The translations under genes and the position numbers were made by a program. 64,000 nucleotides of DNA, taken from Gammaproteobacteria bacterium (GTDB taxonomy: Bacteria; Pseudomonadota; Gammaproteobacteria; Eutrophobiales; Eutrophobiaceae). The notes under the pieces were generated by a model. The model had not been told where the DNA came from and searched no databases. It worked only from the letters and a program-made list of their open reading frames with translations. Below, piece by piece: positions 12,668 through 23,767 of the stretch. How positions within the stretch are numbered: position 1 is the first letter of the stretch; every line of letters begins with the position of its first letter. The stretch covers positions 64,001 through 128,000 of the forward strand of contig CBDCTH010000004.1 of NCBI GenBank assembly GCA_965222155.1, given 5' to 3'.

Positions 12668-13651
12668 TCAATAGCGGGGGTTCTTTTCCCAGTTGTAACT
12701 GGTCCTGATGATAAACTCCGGATCATCATAACGGGGCTGCCAGCCCAACGTTTCCCGGGTTGAACTGCCGTCCGCGACCAGTTGCGGAGGGTCGCCGGGT
12801 CTTCGGCCTGTTTCCATTACAGGTATGGGACGACCATGCACTTGTTCCACCGCCCGCACCACTTCACGGACGCTGTAACCATGACCATAGCCGCAATTCA
12901 GGGTGATTGAGCCTCCACCTGCTTCCAGGTAACGCAAAGCCAGGGTGTGTGCGGTAGCCAGGTCACTCACGTGGATGTAGTCCCTGACGCCGGTGCCGTC
13001 CGCTGTCGGGTAATCCGTGCCGTAAATATACAGCTGGTCGCGTTTGCCCAGAGCCGTTTCACAGGCAAGTTTGATCAACAGGGTACAATCGGGTGTCGAC
13101 TGTCCGATGCGACCGTCCGGGTCGGCTCCTGCCACGTTGAAATAGCGCAAGGAGGCATAGTTCAGCGGCGCCGTTCTGGATAAATCCCTGAGCATGATCT
13201 CAGTCATGAGTTTGGACATTCCGTAAGGATTCACGGGTTCAATGGGGCTTTCAAGGCTGACCAGCCCCGCCTCCGGGATGCCGTAAACCGCGGCAGTGGA
13301 GGAGAATATAAAGTGCCTGACGCCGCATTCCACACAGGCTTCCATCAGGTTGCGGGACTTGACGGTATTGTTCTCGTAATACATCAAGGGTTTTTCAACG
13401 GATTCCGGTACGATGGTGGAACCGGCAAGATGCAATACCGCGCCTATATCATGCTTATCCAGCAACGCGGTAACGAGTCCCTTATCGCCGACATCACCCT
13501 GGACCAGCTCACAATCGGTGACCGCCTCGGCGAAGCCCTTGGACAGGTCGTCCAGTATGATGACCTCGTAACCCTCCATGAGCAGGTCCAGGGCAACGTG
13601 GCTGCCGATGTAACCGGCGCCACCAGTCAGCAATACTACTTTATCACCCAT
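12668..13651 (-). CDS. galE: UDP-glucose 4-epimerase
   Basis: GGAGYIGSH, FSSTAAVYG, YGMSK, LRYFN, RDYIHV, RRPGDP. Confidence 0.93.
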   Translation of the reverse strand: MGDKVVLLTGGAGYIGSHVALDLLMEGYEVIILDDLSKGFAEAVTDCELVQGDVGDKGLVTALLDKHDIGAVLHLAGSTIVPESVEKPLMYYENNTVKSRNLMEACVECGVRHFIFSSTAAVYGIPEAGLVSLESPIEPVNPYGMSKLMTEIMLRDLSRTAPLNYASLRYFNVAGADPDGRIGQSTPDCTLLIKLACETALGKRDQLYIYGTDYPTADGTGVRDYIHVSDLATAHTLALRYLEAGGGSITLNCGYGHGYSVREVVRAVEQVHGRPIPVMETGRRPGDPPQLVADGSSTRETLGWQPRYDDPEFIIRTSYNWEKNPRY

Positions 13652-13731
13652 GACAATCTTTCATGAAATAATCCATCCCTGCGGGAGCAGGAATCCACTA
13701 CGCGACATCCACCTTAAAAACATGAACTCCC

Positions 13732-14223
13732 TCACTCAAACAAAATTACTTCACATCCTACCGCAACCAACTCAAACAACTCGACCACGTCGCGGTTGCG
13801 CATACGTATGCACCCGGCTGAACCGGGCTCACCCATGGTTACATCGTCGGGTGCTCCGTGTATGTAAATGTAGCGGCTATAGGTATCTACCGATCCGTCC
13901 CGGTTGACCCCGGGTTCTTCTCCGTGCAACCAGATAATCCGGGTGAGTATCCAGTCACGTCCGGGGTATTGCCGGCGCAGTTCCGGATTATATAGCTCGC
14001 CGGTGGCTTGCCTGCCGACAAACACCGTATTAGGCACGCACCCTGCGCCGATCATCTTTGCGATGCTGTGTCTGCCCCGGGGCGTACGACCACTGTCAAG
14101 CTCCTCACCGCTGCCGTTTTTTCCGGTCGACACAGGGTATTCGCGGCTGACGCCTGCAGTTCCATGCAGTTGCAGAACCTGTCTGGCTAAGTCAATATAA
14201 ATCTTGTAGTCAGTATGTCTCAT
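13732..14223 (-). CDS. L,D-transpeptidase (YkuD family)
   Basis: YPVSTG, TPRG, IYIHG...GSAGCIRM. Confidence 0.9.
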   Translation of the reverse strand: MRHTDYKIYIDLARQVLQLHGTAGVSREYPVSTGKNGSGEELDSGRTPRGRHSIAKMIGAGCVPNTVFVGRQATGELYNPELRRQYPGRDWILTRIIWLHGEEPGVNRDGSVDTYSRYIYIHGAPDDVTMGEPGSAGCIRMRNRDVVELFELVAVGCEVILFE

Positions 14224-14235
14224 TGATTTTGTACC

Positions 14236-15558
14236 TTACTCAAACAAGGCGATGGATTCAACATGGGACGTGTGGGGAAACATGTCCATTACGCCAGCCG
14301 CTTTCAAGTATAAGCCTGCTTGTTTCACCAGGATACCTGCATCCCGGGCCAGGGTTGCGGGGTTGCAGGATACATAGACCAGTTTTTCCACCCGTTGTAA
14401 ATCCAGATGTTCGATAATCTCCCGGGCGCCGCTGCGTGGGGGATCAAGTAAAACCTTATTGTAATCGCGCCCAAGGAGCACAACGCCGGCGTCCTGTCCT
14501 GACAAGTCACACACACTGAAATTGACGTTGGATAAGCTGTTTTTCTGCGCATTCCTGTTTGCGCGACTCACCAGTTCTTCCGACCCTTCAACCCCGGTTA
14601 CGTAGTTTGCATATCTCGCTATAGGCAGGGTGAAGTTACCCAGGCCGCAAAACAGGTCAAGCACCGTGTCAGCGGCGGACAGGTCCAGTAATGAGATAAC
14701 CCTGTCAACCAGCAAAGGGTTAAGATCAAAATTTACCTGGGTAAAATCAACGGGAGAGAATTCTATGCTGACATCGTGGTTGTCCAACCGGTAATACAGG
14801 TCTTGTTCATCCTGCTCGGATAAGCTGTGTACGCTGTCCAGCCCGGCAGGCTGCAGGTAAAACCTGACAGGATTTGTTTTCTCATACTCGGCCAGTACCC
14901 TCATGTCACTCTCGGTCAAAGGGGCTATATGCCGGATAATTATGGCAGCGAACGCATCGCTTATCGCCACCTCCAACTGGGGGATGTGCCGGTAAGCCGA
15001 CAGGCCGCGGATCAGTTCCTTCAGTTGGCCGATCGTTTCCCCAAGGAACGGATGCAGGACCTCGCAGGAATCAATATCGGCAATGAAACGGCTGTTCTTT
15101 TCCCTGAAACCCACCAGCACTTTTTCCTTCCCGGCGACGTATTTCACGCCCATTCTGGCTTTCCGCCGGTAGCCCCAGTGAGACGCTGACAGGGGCGGGA
15201 TAACCCGCTCCGGCGCCAGCCCGCCAATGTGCTGCAACTGTTCCAGTAAAACCGTTTGTTTGTGTAAAACCTGCTGTCCGCTGTCCAGGTGCATCAGGCT
15301 GCAGCCGCCGCATAGCGCGTAATGCGGGCAGCGGGGTTCAACCCGCAGCGCCGATGATTCGACCACGTCAACCACCCGGCCCTCATCGAATTGTCCGCGC
15401 TTGCGGGTATACTGAAACAGTACTTGCTCTCCCGGTAGAGCGCCGTCTATAAAAACGGTCTTGCCATTGATATGGGCTATGCCCCGGCCTTCATGGGAAA
15501 GGGATTCTACTGTTGCCGACATTGGTTCGGCAGGGAGTTTGCTACGTCCGCGGGACAT
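14236..15558 (-). CDS. rlmD: 23S rRNA m5U1939 methyltransferase
   Basis: TRAM domain, CxxxxxCGGC, FTQVN, LDLFCGLGNF, LDPPRSG, YVSCNPATLARD, DMFPHT. Confidence 0.95.
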   Translation of the reverse strand: MSRGRSKLPAEPMSATVESLSHEGRGIAHINGKTVFIDGALPGEQVLFQYTRKRGQFDEGRVVDVVESSALRVEPRCPHYALCGGCSLMHLDSGQQVLHKQTVLLEQLQHIGGLAPERVIPPLSASHWGYRRKARMGVKYVAGKEKVLVGFREKNSRFIADIDSCEVLHPFLGETIGQLKELIRGLSAYRHIPQLEVAISDAFAAIIIRHIAPLTESDMRVLAEYEKTNPVRFYLQPAGLDSVHSLSEQDEQDLYYRLDNHDVSIEFSPVDFTQVNFDLNPLLVDRVISLLDLSAADTVLDLFCGLGNFTLPIARYANYVTGVEGSEELVSRANRNAQKNSLSNVNFSVCDLSGQDAGVVLLGRDYNKVLLDPPRSGAREIIEHLDLQRVEKLVYVSCNPATLARDAGILVKQAGLYLKAAGVMDMFPHTSHVESIALFE

Positions 15559-15639
15559 TGACCGTACAAGGATTTTTATTTAAACCATGTGTATCATACA
15601 CGCTGATAATCGATAATTATCTGTTTTGAAGAGAGAATT

Positions 15640-15679
15640 TTGACGTATTAATTGATATAGTCTATATTAGACTATATCA
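15640..15679 (+). promoter_or_regulatory. Sigma70 promoter with overlapping palindromic operator of the Phd-VapC operon
   Basis: TTGACG-17bp-TATATT; perfect 12-bp inverted repeat tgatatagtcta-tat-tagactatatca (15653-15679). Confidence 0.75.
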
Positions 15680-15694
15680 TTAGTTGAAGGAGTA

Positions 15695-15979
15695 TTGACC
15701 GTGGACCATTCCAAACCATATCCAGTCTGGACAGTTGCCCAGGCCAAAGCGCGGCTTTCGGAAATCCTGCGCCTTGCCGAAAAGGAAGGGCCGCAACGCA
15801 TCGGCGCCAGGAAGGCTTTCATCGTAGTGCCGGAACATACATGGCGGAGACAGACTTCACATCGTAAGCCCCTGGGCCGGTGGCTGGTCGACAACATGCC
15901 GCGTGGGACTGATCTTGAGGCAGCGGACCGTCACGAACCCGTACGCGAGATCTCATTCGTGTCTCAGGATGATGAATGA
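15695..15979 (+). CDS. Phd/YefM-family antitoxin
   Basis: WTVAQAKARLSEIL...EGPQRI; overlaps the PIN toxin start. Confidence 0.85.
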   Translation: MTVDHSKPYPVWTVAQAKARLSEILRLAEKEGPQRIGARKAFIVVPEHTWRRQTSHRKPLGRWLVDNMPRGTDLEAADRHEPVREISFVSQDDE

Positions 15980-16395
15980 GCGGCTATCTTATTGATACCA
16001 ATGTGGTATCAGAACTGACGAAAACATTGCCGGACTCAGGGGTCGTTGCTTTTCTGTCAGAACACGATGATCTGTGGCTGTCGTCGGTCGTGCTGCATGA
16101 ACTGGAGTTCGGATTGCTATCTCTTCCCGAAGGGCGTCGCCGCGATGACTTGCAGCAGGTTCTGTCAGATTTCATCGCCGAGTTTGACGACCGCATCTTA
16201 CCCCTGGAGCGTATCGAGGCGGAGTGGGCCGCCCGACTGAGAGCAGAGGCCCACCTGTCAGGCCGAGTGCTGCACCTGGGCGATGCGCTGATCGCCGGAA
16301 CGGCTAAGGCGCATGGACTCTCGGTCGCAACACGGAATGTAAAAGATTTCGACGGGCTGGATGTCAACGTCGCCAATCCCTGGCAAACACCATGA
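15976..16395 (+). CDS. vapC: VapC/PIN toxin
   Basis: YLIDTNVVSE, DALIAGTA, TRNVKDF. Confidence 0.9.
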   Translation: MSGYLIDTNVVSELTKTLPDSGVVAFLSEHDDLWLSSVVLHELEFGLLSLPEGRRRDDLQQVLSDFIAEFDDRILPLERIEAEWAARLRAEAHLSGRVLHLGDALIAGTAKAHGLSVATRNVKDFDGLDVNVANPWQTP

Positions 16396-16467
16396 TGGCC
16401 ATCTCCGAATTCATTATCGGCGATGTTGTGCTTGATGAAATCAACCCGGAGCATAAGGATTAACCGG

Positions 16468-17637
16468 ATGAGTGGTCGCTTGAATGTGCTTCACGTTACA
16501 CCGAGCATGTCGCCTTCATGGGGAGGGCCGGCGGTTGTTGCTTCGGAATTGACAACGGAACTCGTTCGGAAAGGGGTACGATGCGAGATTGTGACGTCTC
16601 ATGGGTACAGGGTGGGTACCGGTCAGGTGCCGGCACCCGGCGTGCCTGTTACCAGCTTTGCGACAGAACTACCGGCGCGGCTTTGGGTCGGTTATTCGAG
16701 AGAATTATCACGGTTTCTGAAGGACAGGGCGAACAGCTTCGATCTTATCCATATCCATGAGATATGGCATTACCCCGCCTTTGCGGCGTTTTGCGCCGCC
16801 AGAAAATACAGGATTCCCTATGTGGTGACCATTCATGGCGAACTCAGCGAGTGGTGCCTTCGACAGAAAGTGCTGAAGAAACGAATCTACAGGCTGTGCC
16901 TGTTGGACAGGATGTTACGCGCTGCCGGCACACTTCACGCGATTACCGACGCTGAAAAAAAACAGATTCTCAATCTGGGTTATGATACCCCTTTGGTCGT
17001 AACTCCAAACGGCATTGAACCGTCCAGGTTTGAGGCACTGCCCTCTCCCCGCAGTTTTATTCAACGCTTTCCAGAATTAAAAGGAAAACGTGTCGTTCTT
17101 TTTATGGGTCGATTACATCCCAAAAAAGGGCTGGATATACTTGCCCGGAGTTTTTCCATGATTGCCCGGCGTTTTGACAACGCTGTCCTGTTGGTCGTCG
17201 GCCCGGATAAATTCGGGACTAGGGCGTATATGCAGTCTATCCTGCATGCGGAAGGAATACTGGACAGAGCGGTGTTTACCGGTCTGCTGACAGGCCGGGA
17301 CAAGCTGGCTGCGCTGAGTTGTGCCGACCTTTTCGTGTTGCCGTCACACTCCGATGTTCTGGGGATCGCCGTACTTGAAGCAATGGCCGCGCGGCTGCCT
17401 GTGGTGATTACTACGAAGTGTGAATTTCCCGAGGTCTCCGAAAACAAGGCGGGCCTCGTGGTCGAAACAGATGAGGCGTCAATTGCCGCAGCGATGAGCC
17501 GGTTGCTGGAGGATGCAGCGCTACGCAAGCGTATGGGTCAACAGGGATACAAACTGGTCACCGACCATTATACCTGGCCTGCCGCCGCCGTGATGGCCGA
17601 CCTTTATAAGGGTCTTGCAGCAGGTCAGCATGAATAA
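16468..17637 (+). CDS. GT4 glycosyltransferase (cassette copy 1)
   Basis: FMGRLHPKKG, PSHSDVLGIAVLEAMA. Confidence 0.9.
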   Translation: MSGRLNVLHVTPSMSPSWGGPAVVASELTTELVRKGVRCEIVTSHGYRVGTGQVPAPGVPVTSFATELPARLWVGYSRELSRFLKDRANSFDLIHIHEIWHYPAFAAFCAARKYRIPYVVTIHGELSEWCLRQKVLKKRIYRLCLLDRMLRAAGTLHAITDAEKKQILNLGYDTPLVVTPNGIEPSRFEALPSPRSFIQRFPELKGKRVVLFMGRLHPKKGLDILARSFSMIARRFDNAVLLVVGPDKFGTRAYMQSILHAEGILDRAVFTGLLTGRDKLAALSCADLFVLPSHSDVLGIAVLEAMAARLPVVITTKCEFPEVSENKAGLVVETDEASIAAAMSRLLEDAALRKRMGQQGYKLVTDHYTWPAAAVMADLYKGLAAGQHE

Positions 17638-19177
17638 TCATGATGCGGGCGGGATGAGCCTCAGCGCACGTACGCTCAGTGGGCTTGGCTGGTCTTATCT
17701 GGCTACCTCCATCAAGGCTTTGCTGTCATTACTGGTATTGGTTATCCTCGCCCGGCTGCTCGCACCGGTTGAATTTGGTCTGCTCGGCATTGCCTGGATT
17801 TTTATCATGCTGGGAGCCAGGTTCGGCCAAGCATTTATCGGACCGGCCGTAGTCCAGCGGAGCGAGTTGACCGACCGTCATATTCAAGTCGGTTTTACCC
17901 TATCAGTGATAATCGGTATCGCCTTGGCGGGGATTATCCTGTTGCTTACGCCGATTATCGGTGAATTCTTTAATGAATCGACGGCAGCGCGGGTTCTCCA
18001 AGCGTTATCAATAATATTCCTCATCAATGGCATTGGAAACGTACCCACCAACCTGCTGCGACGGGCTCTCCGTTTCAGAGAATTGATGGTTGCCGACGTA
18101 CTGGCCTATTCCGTCGGCTACGGGCTTACGGCAATAGCCCTCGCTCTCCAGGGCTATGGCGTATGGTCTCTTGTCTGGGGCGAGATCATGCACAGGGTCA
18201 TCCATACGATAATGGTAGTCCGCTATACACATATGCATCTTTATCCCCGCTGGGCACTTAGCGAGGCGACAGATCTCCTGTCCCGCGGGGCCGGCTTTTC
18301 GCTGGCCCGGTTTTTCGAGTTCATTGCCCGGCAAGGCGGCTACTTTGTTATAGGGCGCTGGCTGGGCGCCGCGTCACTGGGTTTTTACTCGCGGGCGGAC
18401 AAGCTCATCCTGTTGCCGAGGAACTACGTCAGCCAGAGTTTGTTTCATGTACTGTTCCCGGTCATGGCACAGCGCCAGCAGAGGACGGAGCGGCTTGCAG
18501 GCATTTACCTGCATGGTTCCGAGATATTATCACTGGTGGCATTACCGGTAAGTGCCTTGTTGTTTGTGGGGGCTCCGGAGATTGTATCGGTGATCCTGGG
18601 AGGGCAGTGGGACCCGGTTGTCGATCTTCTCCGGATTCTTGCATTTGCTGTCCTGTTCCAGATGTGCGACATCCTGAATATCGCCGCCATCGGCGCGTTA
18701 GGCGCGGTTTATCGCCAGGCCTGGCGGCAAGGGTTACACGCTTTTCTTGTTGTCGGCGGCGCCTGGTTTGCAAGCCGGTGGGGTCTGGAAGGCGTAGTTA
18801 TCGTTATTGTCGGCGCTCAGGTTATCGCTTATTTGTTGTTGACGCAGTTGACGGTTTCACTTCTGAATATGCGGTGGCGCCATTTAATCCGCAGTTGCCT
18901 GCCGGCATTATGGGTCGGTTTCTGGGCTGGCGCGGCACTGTGGCTGGCGGCAGGACTAGCGCGGGCCATGGCCTTGCCGGCGCTACCGGCGCTGATTGTC
19001 GAGGTCCTTATCTGGTTCACGGCGGCGACCGCGGCGCTATACTTTGCCCCGTCTTGTGTACGGCCTTTCTCCCTGCACTGGACACTGGGCAACGTTCCCT
19101 TTGAGGTACTGGGAACGCCGGGAAGTTACCTGAGAACAGGACTTGGATGGTTGTCACGGGAACGGGAGGATTGTTGA
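17630..19177 (+). CDS. Wzx/PST-family polysaccharide flippase (copy 1)
   Basis: ILARLLAPVEFGL, GYGVWSLVWG, multi-TM. Confidence 0.9.
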   Translation: MNNHDAGGMSLSARTLSGLGWSYLATSIKALLSLLVLVILARLLAPVEFGLLGIAWIFIMLGARFGQAFIGPAVVQRSELTDRHIQVGFTLSVIIGIALAGIILLLTPIIGEFFNESTAARVLQALSIIFLINGIGNVPTNLLRRALRFRELMVADVLAYSVGYGLTAIALALQGYGVWSLVWGEIMHRVIHTIMVVRYTHMHLYPRWALSEATDLLSRGAGFSLARFFEFIARQGGYFVIGRWLGAASLGFYSRADKLILLPRNYVSQSLFHVLFPVMAQRQQRTERLAGIYLHGSEILSLVALPVSALLFVGAPEIVSVILGGQWDPVVDLLRILAFAVLFQMCDILNIAAIGALGAVYRQAWRQGLHAFLVVGGAWFASRWGLEGVVIVIVGAQVIAYLLLTQLTVSLLNMRWRHLIRSCLPALWVGFWAGAALWLAAGLARAMALPALPALIVEVLIWFTAATAALYFAPSCVRPFSLHWTLGNVPFEVLGTPGSYLRTGLGWLSREREDC

Positions 19178-19203
19178 CATCAGTGCTGGAACAGTCATAC
19201 TTT
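19174..19203 (+). promoter_or_regulatory. Putative internal promoter before the sugar transferase
   Basis: TTGACA-16bp-CATACT; conserved in copy 2 (26188-26217) while neighbouring intergenic DNA diverges. Confidence 0.5.
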
Positions 19204-19262
19204 GCAGGTCATTACACGATAATCGTGGAGAGTCCCCGCACCTGATATCTGGTTAAAAAAGC

Positions 19263-19910
19263 GTGAAAGAAAGCACTGATGTATGTGACGGATACAAGCG
19301 CGTCTTCGATCTGGCGATAATAATTATCGCTTATATATTGTTTTTTCCGGTATGGCTGATTATTTGGTCCATAGTGCCCGTTGCCATCTGGCTGGAAGAC
19401 CGGGGCCCGGTTTTCTATGCGCAGGAACGGGTTGGCCGACGCGGTAAGCATTTCAATGTCTTCAAGTTTCGTACCATGATCCAGAACGCCGAAAGTCTGA
19501 CGGGACAGGTCTGGGCAACGGAAGATGATCCCCGGCTGACCCGGGTCGGGAAGATATTGCGCAGGTTTCATCTTGACGAGATACCGCAAGTAATCAATAT
19601 CGTGAGGGGTGAGATGAGCCTGGTGGGGCCGCGCCCCGAGCGCCCGGTCCTGGCACAACAGTTCAACCGCGAAGTGCCCGGATTCTCCCAGCGCCTGAGG
19701 GTCAGGCCGGGTATTGCGGGGCTGGCCCAGGTGCGCGGCAGCTACTGGACAGATCCGGGTTACAAACTGAAATATGACAACCTGTACATCGAAACAATGA
19801 GTCCCTGGTTGGATTTAAAGCTGCTTTTTCTCGCCGTCTGGGTCGCCATCAAGCGTGTCTTTTGTGGTCCGGACGCTTCCGTTGCAGATAACGGCGCTGA
19901 AAAGGATTAA
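19263..19910 (+). CDS. Polyprenyl-phosphate sugar phosphotransferase (bacterial sugar transferase), copy 1
   Basis: KRVFD, KFRTM, DPRLT, DEIPQ, GEMSLVGPRPE, RPGIAGLAQV. Confidence 0.92.
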   Translation: MKESTDVCDGYKRVFDLAIIIIAYILFFPVWLIIWSIVPVAIWLEDRGPVFYAQERVGRRGKHFNVFKFRTMIQNAESLTGQVWATEDDPRLTRVGKILRRFHLDEIPQVINIVRGEMSLVGPRPERPVLAQQFNREVPGFSQRLRVRPGIAGLAQVRGSYWTDPGYKLKYDNLYIETMSPWLDLKLLFLAVWVAIKRVFCGPDASVADNGAEKD

Positions 19911-19944
19911 ACCTGATGACGCGACGAAACAGGTAGGCAACCAT

Positions 19945-20731
19945 TTGGAAACCGGGCATAAGAAGGCACAGCAGGTCACCGTTTCAATTATTATCCTGAC
20001 CTGGAATTCCGAGCAGCAGGTCGGTGCCTGTTTAACCTCACTGGATCAGGGGTTGAATTCGTTTTCGTCCGAAGTCATTGTGATTGACAACGGTTCACAG
20101 GATCGGACCTGCAGCATCGTCAGGGAAACCCGGCCTGGGGCGCAGTTGCTATGCAATCCGAAAAATCGTGGCGTTGCCCCGGCTCGCAACCAGGGAATAC
20201 GACTTGCCCAGGGCGAATATGTACTTATCCTGGATGACGACACGATCGTGCAGCCCGGAGCATTGGACCGTCTTATCCGTTACATGGAGGATCAGCCCGA
20301 GGCAGGACTATGCGGACCCAAACTGACTGACGCTGCCGGCGAGCTACAGTTATCGTGCCGGCTGTTTCCGACCCTGATTGATAAACTGGCCCGGCGCTTG
20401 CCAGGCGATTCGCCACAGCGCTTTACGGGAGGTGGGCCTGTTTGACGAGCGTATTTTTTATGGCCCGGAGGACATCGATATGTGTCTGCGCCTGCAACTG
20501 GCTGGCTGGTCGGTAGTGTATAACCCTGAAGCTGTGGTTATGCACGAGGAACGCAGGATGACCCGCTCCCTGGGATCCGGCCTGGTGTGGAAACACGTTT
20601 GCGCTCTGGGCTATTATTTCTGGAAGCATGGCTATTTGCTGTCGTGTCAACGGTTGTATTCGCAGCTCACACACCCAGGGCAGCCTTTCAGTCAAGGACA
20701 GAAATCCAGTCAATCATCGACCCAGGAATGA
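19945..20731 (+). pseudogene. GT2 glycosyltransferase copy 1, frameshifted by internal deletion
   Basis: Versus copy 2, ~95 bp is missing between repeated ggcgyytgcc-like words near 20400; split into ORFs 19855-20445 and 20378-20731. Confidence 0.85.
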
Positions 20732-21413
20732 TCAGCTTCGTAACCCAGATCTATCAGTGCCTGTCCGGCATAATGGTCAAATACTTCCCTTGCCTCCCGC
20801 GTGAAGTGGTTCTTCCAGTCCCCGACGATACCTTTGCGAACAAAGCAGTACGCATTTTCATTACCCGGTTTACGACCTGTGACGTTCTCAAAAGAGAATT
20901 TTGAAATACACGCGCCAAGCTTCGCATCATCAACACTGTATACCGACAGATACTCGAGGATTTTTTTCAATTCTCGTCCAGGATTCTCCCGCATGGATTC
21001 ATAACTGGTTTCCACGTAATTAGTCCGATTTTTCCAGGTTTTTATGAAACTGGTCCAGGTCATATTGAATGGTGGCCCCTCTGTGAAGCAATAATCGATG
21101 TACCTCGGTAAGTATTGTTGTATATCCTGGGCATCTTTAATCCCAAGTCGTTCCTGCTGCGATTCCGCCCAGCCCGGCATAACCGTACGTCTGTGAAACA
21201 AGTGATAGTAATAGTGGGACACAACCACATCTCTTCCATCGCGCCACATGACAATAGTATCGTTTGAATCGGCGACGTCCAGGTAGTGCCCATGCAGGAT
21301 ACAACGGCTGCGCGGCGGCAACGATCGCGCGTATTTGGCATGTCCAGGTACTCGGCAATCATTTGGCACACCCAGGTTCCGCCGGATTTTGGATATTCCG
21401 TCAGCACAACCAT
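20710..21413 (-). pseudogene. Sulfotransferase (Sulfotransfer_1-like), frameshifted near 21320
   Basis: YPKSGGTW in one frame; RDGRDVVVS and RKGIVGDWKNHF in another; intact paralog at 49332-50069. Confidence 0.85.
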
Positions 21414-21502
21414 ATTGCATTTAGCTTATTCCTCCTTAAACTGTACACATACTCGTTGCCAGTTGTTGATTGTTCCAGCTTTAATATCCATCCATAACAG
21501 AA

Positions 21503-21964
21503 TTGAACCAAACTAATCCAGTAGATTTTCTCGTAGTCGGCGCCGCAAAATCAGGTACAACGACATTGTTCGAGACTCTGGGCAAACACCCTGGGATATA
21601 TATTCCCCAGCGCAAGGAGTGCCGTTATTTTTCTTGCACGCTTGGCGAATTTGCTGAGCCCGGGCCGCAATATGCAAACAATGTAATTCGAACTCTGGAA
21701 GAATATCGGGCTTTATTTAAAAAGGCAAAACCAACTCAGGTTTGTGGAGATATCTCATCGGATTATCTCTATTATTATCGAAATGCCGTTCCCAAAATTC
21801 TTGAAGAAAAGAATGCGCAGACCCCGATTGTCATTGTTCTGCGTAATCCTATTGACCGGGCTTATTCGAGTTATCTCTATCATGTTCGCGATGGGCGGGA
21901 GAAGTTGAGTTTTGAAGATACCTTGGATGCGGAAGAAGAACGTCGTACCGCAAATTGGGCCTAG
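21503..21964 (+). pseudogene. Sulfotransferase (GAAKSGTT type), C-terminally truncated
   Basis: Matches the first half of 27965-28888; ends at NWA*. Confidence 0.85.
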
Positions 21965-22015
21965 GGCTGCAAATCGACGCCACGTAGCGGGCTGGGCTTT
22001 GCTGCCGGCTATTTA

Positions 22016-23569
22016 GTCGCCCCTGAAAAACCCTGTTTCAGGCCGCCATTGAGGTCGCCGGCAGCCATGACAAACAGCGCGGTGCGCTCCACAGACGCAG
22101 CCAAGCCAGTATAAGTATCCTTTTTTTGAGACAAAAAAACCTGAGCCGCCTCAGGATCAAGCGCAGGTTGTGGCCGGCACAACTCAACAGGACATTTAAT
22201 TGGTCGCCGTCTGTCCCGTTCAGGTGATTGCGCCCTAACAGCCCATCGGCTTTCAAATGACCGATCACCGGTTCAATCGCCTGGCGGCGTTTGAGTGACT
22301 GTTTTAACCGCTGTGTCTTAATACCGCGCTTCTGCCCGGAGATGTACACCGTGGACTCGGTTTCATCATGCCCCCGATAGCCCCGGTCCACAAACGCCTC
22401 ATCAATACTCGTCCCGGTCAAGCGCCGTACCTGCTCCAATGCTTGTTTCAAGGTGTGCCCGTCATACGGGCTGCCCGGCAAGGCCATACCCCCCACCACA
22501 AAGTTACTCTTGTTCGTGGTGGCAATGCTCGCCTTCACCCCGAATTCATAACGTTTAGCCACCTTACCCTTACTGATACATTCCACCTCCGGGGCGTGCA
22601 GGCTGTACAGCTTGTTTTTATCCTGCTTCTGCTGCGCCAGCAGCCGCTTGGCTAAGGCCAATTCATCGGCAAAGATACGCTGCTGTGCCGGATTGCCCGC
22701 GGTGTTACGCTCACTGTCACGCACCACCCGGCCCAGAGCCTGCCCCTGTATGGAGTTGAGCAGGGGGAGGTGCGTAACCGCTTCACCTCGCGCCGCAGCC
22801 GCCGATACTGTTTGGCATGGCCGTAGCGGTTCGCCTGCTGCAACGCCCGCGGCCCCTTGCGGGCAGTGCTCTGGCGTAACACCACCCCCTGTTTGTGACA
22901 TAACCGTACCCACCGCACCCGGGACCGATTCAGCAACTTGCTGTCGGTCGGATAACTCACCGCTTATCTCCTGTACCGTGGTGTCCACCGTCACCCGTTT
23001 GAAGTCCGTCGTCTTCACTGCCTTGCTCTGCACCCCCAGCGCCACCGTCACCTGTAAAATCCGCGCACACCCCGACTCCCCAATGCGTCGGCGAAAGCGC
23101 GTCAGACTGCTCGGGTCGACCGGCACCTCGTGCTGAAAGTACACCGCCCCGCAGACGTACTGCCAGTACGGATTCTCCACCCAGCCCGACACCACCGCCT
23201 CATCGGATAACCCATAACAATGCTTCAGATAGTGCAACCCCACCATTAACCGGGTCGGTTTCCCCGGACAACCGTTATCCGGACAGTACAGCGCACCGAA
23301 TGCCTTATCAAAACCGACTAGTCCACCCGGTCGGCCAGGCGATATAAGGCATGGCGTTGATTGAGCATAGTGTCCAGGCGTTCGCGGAACAGGTCGGTTG
23401 AGGTGCGGGTTGCGGCGTCAGGTTGTCTGGGGGTCATTTTTTCCTCCGAAATTGCAAGAAAATGAAGGTCCATGATACCAAAACCGGCACTATCAGTCCA
23501 GGAATAAATGCAGGTTACATAATTATAATCAATAGGTTAGAATAGCTTTTGGGGTTATTCAGGGACGAC
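22016..23569 (-). mobile_element. IS5-family element with frameshifted transposase
   Basis: Imperfect IRs gtcgYccctgaaWaaccc; 6-bp flanking duplication TATTTA; transposase motifs ENPYWQY, DTTVQE, DRGYRG, IEPVIGHLK split over frames. Confidence 0.85.
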
Positions 23570-23754
23570 TATTTACATGATACATCGGGTTGTGCAATTT
23601 TCAGATTCTCAGCCAGGGCTGGCTGATTTCGGCCCCTGGCTTTTTTTCCCTCAGCGAGCGACATCTTCGCGACGATGTCCGCGGCTTTAGCCTTCGCAGC
23701 AGCCCGCACCTCCGGCTTAATGTTTTCTCTATGTTCATTCAGTGGCTTGGCCAT
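23569..23754 (-). pseudogene. XRE/HigA-type antitoxin, truncated at the IS5 end
   Basis: SLAEGKKARGRNQPALAENLKIAQPDVS HTH start, then stop; downstream of HigB-like toxin. Confidence 0.7.
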
Positions 23755-23767
23755 GATGTCCCTCCGC

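Noticed and set aside
21962-21964. Amber recoding suggested by TAG at a Trp position
   Set aside because: Homology stops right after it, and intact genes here end in TAG (e.g. 12610).
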